Assembly: GCA_022646745.1 (NCBI GenBank)
Contig: CP060262.1
Span: 210,001 to 242,000, forward strand
Source: Planctomycetales bacterium
GTDB taxonomy: Bacteria > 4484-113 > JAFGCY01
Reading direction: 5' to 3'
DNA: 32,000 bases
Positions 7,639 through 14,756 of the stretch are shown in pieces. How positions within the stretch are numbered: position 1 is the stretch's first letter; each line of letters begins with the position of its first letter. The position numbers and the translations under genes were made by a program. The notes under the pieces are model-generated. The model had not been told where the DNA came from. It ran no database searches and saw only the letters and a list, made by a program, of their open reading frames with translations.

Positions 7639-10254
7639 TCAGTCCCAGTGGTCCTCGCAGTAGTCGATGATGCCCTCGAAGACACGGATGTAGTTGAAGT
7701 TGGTCTGGATGCCGTGTGAGTCACGTGGGAAGAGCTTCAATTCCACGTTGATGCCCTCCTCATGTGACTTCTCAAGGTACTGTGCCACGGTCTGGAACAG
7801 CGTGTTGTTGTCCCTCATTCCATGCATGATCAGCAGGTCGCCGGTGATGTTCTCCAGGTACTCGCTCGCATTGCTGCGTTCGTAGGCATCCTCGCTGCCG
7901 GGCAGCTTGCCAACGCGGCTGGTGGAGTACCAGTAGTTGTAGTTGTCCCAGTCGATTGCCGGCGCCACGGCCACGCCGACGGGGAACTCACCGGGTGCCA
8001 TGCCCATCATCATCAGCGTCATGAAGCCGCCGTAGCTCCAGCCCCAGATCGCACTGCGCTCGCGGTCCGCGCCATAGTTGTCAACGAGGTGATCACGCAC
8101 CACGAGGATGTCGTCAACCTCGGGTGTACCGAGCCGGCCCTTGACGTCGATGCGCCAGTCCCGGCCATAGCCTTCGCTGCCGCGGAAGTCCGGCACGGCC
8201 ACGATCCAGCCCTTCTCCTGGGCCAACCAGGCGAAGTACATGTCGAACCACTGCGGCACATCCTTCACGCGCTGGGCATAGCCGGCGCCATGCGCATAAA
8301 CCAGCAAGGGGTAGCTGCAGCTGCAGTCGTAGTCATCCGGCAGGAAGAGCTTGGTTGACACCGTGCCCATTTCGCCACTGACCTCGAGCGCTGTCTTGGT
8401 CGGCAGGTCGACGATTTCATAATTCCAGCTGTCCACCCAGGCATCGAACTCCGGGCAGTCGCGGTCGATCAGCGTCCACATCGGCAGGATGCCATCCTCG
8501 CCGGACTCGAGCCGCCTTGCGGCAAGCAGCAGGTCGATCTCCGCCAGCTTCGACATCCGGCGCGGGGACTGCGCACTGACCATCAGCAGCTGCTGGCCTT
8601 CGTTGACAGCGCTGATGTCCGTCCAGGCATTGCCACCGGCGAGCATCAGGTCGTGCCCGGAAGCAAGATCGAACAGGGTCAGCTGCCGGCTGGCTGGTGT
8701 CGGCGCGGCCAGCTGCAGCACCATCATGTCATGCTTATCGAGGTACCGCCAGCTGGTGATCTCCTTGTCCATGTTGCTCAGCTTCTGCGCCATATGGCTG
8801 GTATGCACCGCCTCTTCCTCTGCTTCCTCCCCGCCTGAGTCTGCCCCTGCTTCTCCCTCTGTTTCTCCTTCTGATTCTGCTTCTGATTCTGTTGCTGCTT
8901 CTGATTCTGATTCTTCGTCGTCAGTTTCGGGGACGTACTCAGGGTCAGGCACCAGCGAGTACAGTGCGCACAGCCCGTCCTTCTCGCTGACCAGCCAGAG
9001 CGAACCGTCAGCCCGCCAGCCACAGCCGGTGCGGCTGCCGTTGATCCAGCCGCTGTCATCCTCGCTGTAAGCGAGTTCGATGTCCGCACCGTCACCCTCC
9101 TCGTGGGGTGTGAGCAGGTAGACCCGGTAGCCCATCACGTCCGTCGTCACGATGCTCAGCAGCAGGCGGTTGTCACCTTCCACCGGAGACCAGTCGATGC
9201 CGTAGATCCAGTAATGCGGCTCGTCCGGGATCTCCACGTCGAACTGCCAGGGGTTCTCCTCCGACATGTCACGCATGAAGAAGCTGACCTTCTCCGGCGT
9301 GTCCTGCGGACGGGCATAGCGGTTCGTGGTGTGGTAGGGGTTCTCCTCGAACAGCTCAGGGATCTCCGTCTGGCGCACGCTGCGGTAGTCCCGGCGCGAG
9401 AATGCCAGCCAGCGCCCATCGCGGCTCAGCGAATAGCCGTCAGTGTTGGCATATTCGCCCTGCCCGCCGTCCGTCAGCTGCACAAGCTCACCGGTGATGC
9501 TGTCCCAGCTGTAGATGTCAGCTGCACTGGTCAGCAGGAACCGGCTGGCTCCGCGCAAGCGCTGCACACCACTCCAGCCATTCTCATGCTTCATGCGCAG
9601 CACGGGCTCGGGGTCTGCGCTGTCCATGTCCATCGAGTAGATCCGTCCGCCGTAGCTCCAGAACAGCTCGTGGCTGTCCATGCGCCATTCGCAACCGCCG
9701 ATCCCGCCGAAGTTGTCGAAACTCTTCTGCAGTTCCTCCTCGAATTCCTCGCGGCGCTCATCCTCGTCGAACTCCTCGACTTCCTCTTCCTCAGTTGCGT
9801 CATCGCTTCCTGAGCCCGAATCAAGCTGTTCTTCGTCGTCATCTCCGCTTTCGGATTCCACAACATCTCCGTCATTGCCATCCCCGTCCTCTTCCTGAAG
9901 ATCCGCATCCTTTGCGGGATGCTTCTTTTCCCAGGCTTCACGGTCCTTCTTCAGGTCACGTTCAAATTCACGACGCCTGCGGGTTTCGTACTCGGTCCAG
10001 AGGTCGGTGTACTGCTTCTTTTCCTTGCTGTCACGGTCCAGCACCCAAAGGTTGCGGATGCTCTGGCCGGTCTCATCCCAGCCCATCGCCACGAAGCGGC
10101 CGTCATCCGAGACTGATACCGAGCCAGGGCTGGTGCCGAAGGGGAAGGGCCGGCGGTAGAGCTCATCAAGCGTGAACGGTGAACCGGCGGAGGCAATCGT
10201 GGAAGCCAGCAGCAGGCACAGGGCCGCCAGCGGGAGGATCCGGGAAGTACGCAT
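7639..10254 (-). CDS. S9 family serine peptidase (DPP-IV / prolyl oligopeptidase type): N-terminal beta-propeller plus alpha/beta hydrolase, with two poly-acidic inserts
   Basis: Catalytic motifs: GWSYGGFMT (Ser), IMHGMRDNNT (Asp), PRDSHGI (His). The track ORF starts at 10290. ATG 10254 instead gives a clean signal peptide, MRTSRILPLAALCLLLASTIASA. Acidic inserts map to about 9723-9918 and 8815-8935. Confidence 0.85.
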   Translation of the reverse strand: MRTSRILPLAALCLLLASTIASAGSPFTLDELYRRPFPFGTSPGSVSVSDDGRFVAMGWDETGQSIRNLWVLDRDSKEKKQYTDLWTEYETRRRREFERDLKKDREAWEKKHPAKDADLQEEDGDGNDGDVVESESGDDDEEQLDSGSGSDDATEEEEVEEFDEDERREEFEEELQKSFDNFGGIGGCEWRMDSHELFWSYGGRIYSMDMDSADPEPVLRMKHENGWSGVQRLRGASRFLLTSAADIYSWDSITGELVQLTDGGQGEYANTDGYSLSRDGRWLAFSRRDYRSVRQTEIPELFEENPYHTTNRYARPQDTPEKVSFFMRDMSEENPWQFDVEIPDEPHYWIYGIDWSPVEGDNRLLLSIVTTDVMGYRVYLLTPHEEGDGADIELAYSEDDSGWINGSRTGCGWRADGSLWLVSEKDGLCALYSLVPDPEYVPETDDEESESEAATESEAESEGETEGEAGADSGGEEAEEEAVHTSHMAQKLSNMDKEITSWRYLDKHDMMVLQLAAPTPASRQLTLFDLASGHDLMLAGGNAWTDISAVNEGQQLLMVSAQSPRRMSKLAEIDLLLAARRLESGEDGILPMWTLIDRDCPEFDAWVDSWNYEIVDLPTKTALEVSGEMGTVSTKLFLPDDYDCSCSYPLLVYAHGAGYAQRVKDVPQWFDMYFAWLAQEKGWIVAVPDFRGSEGYGRDWRIDVKGRLGTPEVDDILVVRDHLVDNYGADRERSAIWGWSYGGFMTLMMMGMAPGEFPVGVAVAPAIDWDNYNYWYSTSRVGKLPGSEDAYERSNASEYLENITGDLLIMHGMRDNNTLFQTVAQYLEKSHEEGINVELKLFPRDSHGIQTNFNYIRVFEGIIDYCEDHWD

Positions 10255-10400
10255 CCAAAGATGGTAGACGCGGATAGCGCGACAGGGCAAGCTGTCACAA
10301 ATGCGGCGAATCCGGCGTCAGTATCTGTAGCGGATGCCGCTGCGCTTCACTGCGGGTTGCGGCGGGTAGAATCAGCTTAACAACACTCTGGAGTGGAAGA

Positions 10401-10976
10401 ATGGATAGTGCAACAAAGCCGACGCCCACCATCGGGCAGATTTACCCCTGGCTGAACATGACCTTTGACTACACTGATGAGATCGCGGCGCTGATCCCGG
10501 ATGAACTGCTGGACTGGCGCTATGAGGACCCCAGCGGCAAGTGGACCTTCAGCCTCGCTGAGCAGGCGATGCACTGCGCCGACGCACGGATCATGTTTGC
10601 CCGCCAGATCAGCGGCAATGACAGCGAGGAAGGCTACTGGAGCCCTGGCCCCGGCGAGGACGGTGTCTGGCCCTTCAAGGAATACGGCAGCAAGCAGGCG
10701 ATCATGGACAGCCTGAAGGCCTCCCGCGCTGAGCTGGACGAAGTGATGAACCGCAGCGCCGATGACGTGCTTGCCATCCCGGATGGCACGAGAAAGGTCT
10801 ACGAGCAGGTGCTCAAGCAGATGCAGGAGAAGGGCATGGACACCAGCGGCCTTGAGACCCGTGGCCCGGCGAACATCATCCGCGTGCTGATGGCTGCCAG
10901 CGCCCATGAGGCGGGTCACCGCGGATCAATGCAGACGCTTTTGCGCATGAAGGGCATCAACGCCGGAAACGAATAG
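10401..10976 (+). CDS. DinB-superfamily (DinB_2-like) metal-dependent protein
   Basis: 191 aa. His-containing helices (AMHCADARIMF; SAHEAGHRGSMQTLLRMKG) fit the DinB four-helix-bundle His triad. SD GGAGTGG lies upstream. Confidence 0.65.
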   Translation: MDSATKPTPTIGQIYPWLNMTFDYTDEIAALIPDELLDWRYEDPSGKWTFSLAEQAMHCADARIMFARQISGNDSEEGYWSPGPGEDGVWPFKEYGSKQAIMDSLKASRAELDEVMNRSADDVLAIPDGTRKVYEQVLKQMQEKGMDTSGLETRGPANIIRVLMAASAHEAGHRGSMQTLLRMKGINAGNE

Positions 10977-10985
10977 AAGAATCAG

Positions 10986-11044
10986 GTTGGAGTTTGGCGT
11001 GGGGAGTTTGGATACACTCCGACCTCCAAACTCCAAACTCCGAC
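10986..11044. terminator. Long imperfect hairpin filling the gap between convergent genes; candidate bidirectional terminator
   Basis: The 27-nt arms (10986-11012 and 11018-11044) are complementary at 20 of 27 positions around the loop TACAC. The arms are built from GGAGTTTGG x2 and CCAAACTCC x2. There is no U-tract. Confidence 0.4.
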
Positions 11045-12088
11045 CTAGTCCACTCGAATTACAACCTTGCCGATGCCCGTGTTTGAGTCCATGAACTGAT
11101 GGGCCTTGCCGGCATCCGCCAGGCTGAACTCCGCAGCCTTGACCGCCTTGATCTTCCCATCAGCTACGAGCGCCACGAGCTGCTCCAGGTCCGGCCTGTT
11201 GCCAAGGTAGTAGCCCTTGAAGCGCAGCTGGCGCAGGTAGGAGAACTGCAGGTGGATGGTGGTCTCCACGCCAGTCAGGATGCCGCAGAAGGCCATCGTG
11301 CCGCCCTTGGCCAAGAGGCCCCAGTTGGTCTGGAAGGCCCCGGGGCCGACGTAGTCGAGGATCAGGTCAATTCCCGCCGGGGCGTTGCCACGCACGGCAT
11401 TGCCAATCGCTTCGTAGTCCATCTCGCTGCGGTTGTAGACGAAGTCAGCTCCCAGCTCCTTCATTGCCTCCAGCTTGTCCGCGGAACTGGCAACGGCATG
11501 CACCGTCGCACCCTTCAGCTTGGCAAGCTGGATCGCGATCGTGCCCAGGCCGCCGGCCCCGCCCCAGATGAAGAACTGCTGGCCGGGCTTGACGTCGCCG
11601 ACCTTCTCGCTGAGGCCGTGCATCGCCGTCAGGCCGGCCACGCCAAGCTGTACCGCATCGCCGAAGTCCACATTGTCAGGCAGGCGCACGAGGTTGCGCT
11701 GCGGCACTGCTACATACTCACAGTGCCCACCCTTGATCTGCATGCCGTAGAACTGCCATGGGTGTGAGAGGTTGTCCAGCCCCTTAGCCGACAGTTCGTC
11801 GCCGGGCTCCGTGCGGATCGGGAAGACGAGTACCCGGTCGCCCTCCTTCCAGCCCTGTACATCCGGACCGACGCCGGCAACCACGCCGGCGATGTCGCCA
11901 CCCTGGATATGCGGCAGCGGGATCGCGATCCCGGGGTAGCCCCTCAGGATCAGCTGGTCCACCTGGTTGAGGCCGGTGGCCATCACGCGCACCAGCACCT
12001 CGTCACCCGCAGGTGACGGCGTCGGGTAGTCGTCAACGAACTCCAGTGAGTCCACGCCACCATGTTTCGTCAGCAGTACAGCTTTCAT
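11045..12088 (-). CDS. Zinc-type alcohol dehydrogenase / NADPH:quinone oxidoreductase family (MDR superfamily)
   Basis: 347 aa. N-terminal GroES-like fold (MKAVLLTKHGG..LEFVD.P.P..GEVLVRV). Rossmann motif GGAGGLGTIAIQLAKLKGA. SD GGGAGAAGAG upstream. Confidence 0.85.
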   Translation of the reverse strand: MKAVLLTKHGGVDSLEFVDDYPTPSPAGDEVLVRVMATGLNQVDQLILRGYPGIAIPLPHIQGGDIAGVVAGVGPDVQGWKEGDRVLVFPIRTEPGDELSAKGLDNLSHPWQFYGMQIKGGHCEYVAVPQRNLVRLPDNVDFGDAVQLGVAGLTAMHGLSEKVGDVKPGQQFFIWGGAGGLGTIAIQLAKLKGATVHAVASSADKLEAMKELGADFVYNRSEMDYEAIGNAVRGNAPAGIDLILDYVGPGAFQTNWGLLAKGGTMAFCGILTGVETTIHLQFSYLRQLRFKGYYLGNRPDLEQLVALVADGKIKAVKAAEFSLADAGKAHQFMDSNTGIGKVVIRVD

Positions 12089-12101
12089 CTCTTCTCCCAG
12101 C

Positions 12102-12806
12102 TCACAGCGGAATCACCACGAAGATCAGGCAGTCCCAGATGGCATGGCTGATCAGCCCAGGCCAGACACTGCGATAGCGCCTGTACATCAGGCCCCAGAA
12201 CAGGCCGCACAGCGTCGCCGCAACCATCAGCATCAGGTTCAGGCTCCAGATGTGCACCAGCGCGTAGATCGCCGTTGTCAGCCAGAACGCGCGCCCTGCC
12301 CCGAATGACAGCCCGAGCCGCCGCTGCACGAAGCCACGCCAGAACACCTCTTCCGCGGGGCCGATCCATGTCAGCAGCAGCACGCCGATCAGCCAGTGCG
12401 GCGCCTGCGTTTTCGTGGAATATACATTGTCAATCTCGCGGCCCGCGAAGTCAAGCAGCCAGTGCACAAGGTGGTTGCCAGACCAGAATACTCCATACAG
12501 AATGATTGCTGAGACTATTCCGATTGGAACATACTTCCAGTCCCAGCGGTAGTTCTCCCTGTTGCCAGTTCCGCGGTCGAGGATGAGCGAGCCCAGTCCC
12601 AGTATGGCCGTGGAGGTGCTCATGGCGACCCAGAAGTTGACATGGGACTTGGTCCATGGGCTGAACATCACGAACCAGCAGATGGCTGCGATGCCAATCA
12701 GCACGAACACGGCAGGGGCCGGTTGCCTGCCCTGCACTGCGTTGCCATCCTCTATAATCTGATCCATTGCGGTAACGGGCGGCTGCCCGGCTGCAACAGG
12801 ATACAC
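12102..12806 (-). CDS. CPBP family intramembrane glutamic endopeptidase (CAAX protease / Abi-like)
   Basis: Multi-pass membrane protein with GPAEEVFWRGFV (the EExxxR motif) and LISHAIWD (the HxxxD/N motif). The start is uncertain: GTG 12806 or ATG 12767. It is probably co-transcribed with 11045..12088. Confidence 0.8.
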   Translation of the reverse strand: MYPVAAGQPPVTAMDQIIEDGNAVQGRQPAPAVFVLIGIAAICWFVMFSPWTKSHVNFWVAMSTSTAILGLGSLILDRGTGNRENYRWDWKYVPIGIVSAIILYGVFWSGNHLVHWLLDFAGREIDNVYSTKTQAPHWLIGVLLLTWIGPAEEVFWRGFVQRRLGLSFGAGRAFWLTTAIYALVHIWSLNLMLMVAATLCGLFWGLMYRRYRSVWPGLISHAIWDCLIFVVIPL

Positions 12807-12823
12807 CAGGCTGGGAGTTGACC

Positions 12824-13777
12824 ATGGACAGCACCGCTGTTGCCGAGAAGAAAGCTGACTGGGGATTGGCCGTACGCGCCTTCTCCTTCCCCGCGAGCAT
12901 CGTGCCCGTCGTGCTCGGCGGCGTGCTCGCGTGGTACGCCACAGGCAAGTTCAACTGGATCCTGTTCATCCTCTCGATCCTTGCCGGCGTGTTCTACCAC
13001 TGCGGCTGCAACCTGATCAACGACTACTACGACCACCGCAAGGGGGTCGACCGCGAAGGGGCCTACGGCGGCAGCGGAGTACTCGTCAGCGGGGCGATGG
13101 AGCCGGCGCAGGTGATGCGCGGCGCGATCACCTTCTTCGCACTCGGCTCGCTGATCGGCTTTTTCTTCCTGTACCACTTCCATACGAGCACTGAAACACC
13201 CTGGCCCTTTGGCTGGCCGCTCCTGGCCATCGGCGTGGCTGGCCTGATCGGCGCTGTGTGGTACACCTCCGGAGATGTCTCCGCGAAGTACAACGCACTT
13301 GGCATCCCGCTGGTGTTCCTGATGATGGGCACGCTGATGGTGGTTGGCGGCTGGTTCATCCAGACCGGCACGCTGGACTGGCTGCCGGTGATCATCAGCC
13401 TGCCGGTCGGCTTCATGGTGGCCGCGATCCTGCAGGCGAACGACATCCGTGACATTGATGACGACAGCAAGGCCGGGGTGAAGACCCTCTCCAACCTGAC
13501 GGGACCGCGGGCCGCCCGCCAGCAGTACTACTTCATGCTGTTCGCGCCCTACGTCTGCGTGGTGATCTTCGCCGCCTTCGGGCTGATCAGCTGGTTCGGC
13601 CTGCTGCCGCTCGTGACCCTGCCGCTGGCCCTGCCGCTGGCCAAGCTGTTTGCCAGCACACCTGAGACGGACAGCGAGAAGCTGAACCCGAGCATCGAGA
13701 ACACCGCCAAGCTGCACATGGCCTTTGGCATGCTGCTGACGATCGGGCTGGTGATCGGCAAGCTGACGGGGATGTAA
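12824..13777 (+). CDS. menA: UbiA-family prenyltransferase, MenA-like (1,4-dihydroxy-2-naphthoate polyprenyltransferase)
   Basis: NLINDYYDHRKGVD (NDxxDxxxGxD) and QANDIRDIDDD are the two Asp-rich UbiA/MenA motifs. About 8-9 TM helices. The track start is TTG 12818. ATG 12824 has GGGAG 6 nt upstream. Confidence 0.7.
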   Translation: MDSTAVAEKKADWGLAVRAFSFPASIVPVVLGGVLAWYATGKFNWILFILSILAGVFYHCGCNLINDYYDHRKGVDREGAYGGSGVLVSGAMEPAQVMRGAITFFALGSLIGFFFLYHFHTSTETPWPFGWPLLAIGVAGLIGAVWYTSGDVSAKYNALGIPLVFLMMGTLMVVGGWFIQTGTLDWLPVIISLPVGFMVAAILQANDIRDIDDDSKAGVKTLSNLTGPRAARQQYYFMLFAPYVCVVIFAAFGLISWFGLLPLVTLPLALPLAKLFASTPETDSEKLNPSIENTAKLHMAFGMLLTIGLVIGKLTGM

Positions 13778-13791
13778 TCACTGCTTAGTGG

Positions 13792-13869
13792 GTTAGTTCT
13801 TAGTTCTTATTAACTCAAATTGCACCATCTCAATCGGTTCGAACCAGGCACTAAGAACTAAAAACTAAC
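13792..13869. terminator. Inverted repeat between convergent genes; candidate bidirectional terminator or repeat element
   Basis: GTTAGTTCTTAGTTCTTA (13792-13809) pairs with TAAGAACTAAAAACTAAC (13852-13869), 18 bp with one mismatch. The roughly 42-nt loop contains the perfect palindrome GGTTCGAACC (13836-13845). The region is AT-rich relative to its flanks. Confidence 0.35.
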
Positions 13870-13871
13870 AA

Positions 13872-14666
13872 CTACTTCTTCCGTACGTTGCCAACGAGCC
13901 TGCGGTATAGCCAGTCATGGCCACCGACCCAGGCGAAGATGCGGTTGACAACGCCGGGAATCTGCACCACCCTGCCCCTGCCAAGCATTCGCAGCGAGAA
14001 ATCCACTACAGTGTCGCATTCCATCCACAGCCACCGCGGCGTGCGCGACTTGTCAAGATAGGCCGGTTTGCCGGCGTCGTGGAACCCAGTATGCGTCAGC
14101 CCCGGGCAGAGTGACTGCACCACCACGCCAGTCCCGTGCAGGTCGGCAGCCAGCGAACGGCTGAAGGCGTTAAGGAAAGCCTTCGTGGCGTAGTACATCA
14201 CGCTGCCACGGCCAGGCAGCCATGCCGCCACGCTGGCCACGTTGACAACCGCACCGCTTCCCTGCTCCAGCATCCGCCGCACAGCGACATGTGCGAGGCG
14301 CACCGCCGCCTCATTGTGGACCTTCTGCATCGCAATGAAGGCTTCCACCTCCCGCTCCTGGAACAGGCCGGGGTCGCCATAGCCTGCGTTGTTGACCAGG
14401 ATGCGCAGGCCGGGCCGGTCTGCAGCCTGCACAGCCCGGGCTATGCCCTCATCACTCGCCAGGTCAGCCTGCAGGGTCTCCACGCGACATTTGTGCTCAG
14501 CCTGTAGATCATCCGCGAGGGCCTGCAATCTGTCCGTATCCCGGCCGTGCAGGACCAGGCTATAGCCGAGAGCCGCCAGGCGTTTCGCGTATGCAGCACC
14601 GAAGCCGCTGCTGGCCCCGGTCACCATCGCCCAGGTCCCTTCGGATTCCTTGAGTGCAAAGGACAT
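13872..14666 (-). CDS. Short-chain dehydrogenase/reductase (classical SDR)
   Basis: TGASSGFG (TGxxxGxG), NNAG and YYATKAF (YxxxK). The track ORF extends to 14801 and would overlap the divergent kinase gene. ATG 14666 gives MSFALKESEGTWAMVTGASSG and has TATAAT 6 nt upstream. Confidence 0.85.
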   Translation of the reverse strand: MSFALKESEGTWAMVTGASSGFGAAYAKRLAALGYSLVLHGRDTDRLQALADDLQAEHKCRVETLQADLASDEGIARAVQAADRPGLRILVNNAGYGDPGLFQEREVEAFIAMQKVHNEAAVRLAHVAVRRMLEQGSGAVVNVASVAAWLPGRGSVMYYATKAFLNAFSRSLAADLHGTGVVVQSLCPGLTHTGFHDAGKPAYLDKSRTPRWLWMECDTVVDFSLRMLGRGRVVQIPGVVNRIFAWVGGHDWLYRRLVGNVRKK

Positions 14667-14672
14667 CGCAGG

Positions 14673-14678
14673 ATTATA
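14673..14678 (-). promoter_or_regulatory. Perfect -10 box TATAAT 6 nt upstream of the SDR ATG (leaderless candidate)
   Basis: The minus strand reads TATAAT-cctgcg-ATG (ATG at 14666). No SD is present. Confidence 0.4.
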
Positions 14679-14744
14679 GGCAGGGGGGCACGAATTCAAG
14701 AGAGCCCTGTGATTGTTGTATCCGAGGCGTATTTTGTCTAAACT

Positions 14745-14750
14745 TAATCT
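14745..14750 (+). promoter_or_regulatory. -10-like TAATCT 6 nt upstream of the histidine kinase ATG (leaderless candidate)
   Basis: TAATCT-ggtcaa-ATG (ATG at 14757). No SD is present. Confidence 0.3.
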
Positions 14751-14756
14751 GGTCAA

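Noticed and set aside
8845-8920. Short tandem DNA repeats (cttctgattctg-like) that could suggest a CRISPR array or a satellite.
   Set aside because: The units are only about 12 nt with no spacers, and they lie in frame inside the S9 peptidase gene, where they encode the Glu/Ser-rich acidic insert.
12752-13717. 321-aa minus-strand ORF covering the menA region.
   Set aside because: Its translation is dominated by R/Q/H/G/A/D runs and shows no motifs. The opposite strand encodes a protein with both UbiA/MenA Asp-rich motifs and regular TM helices.
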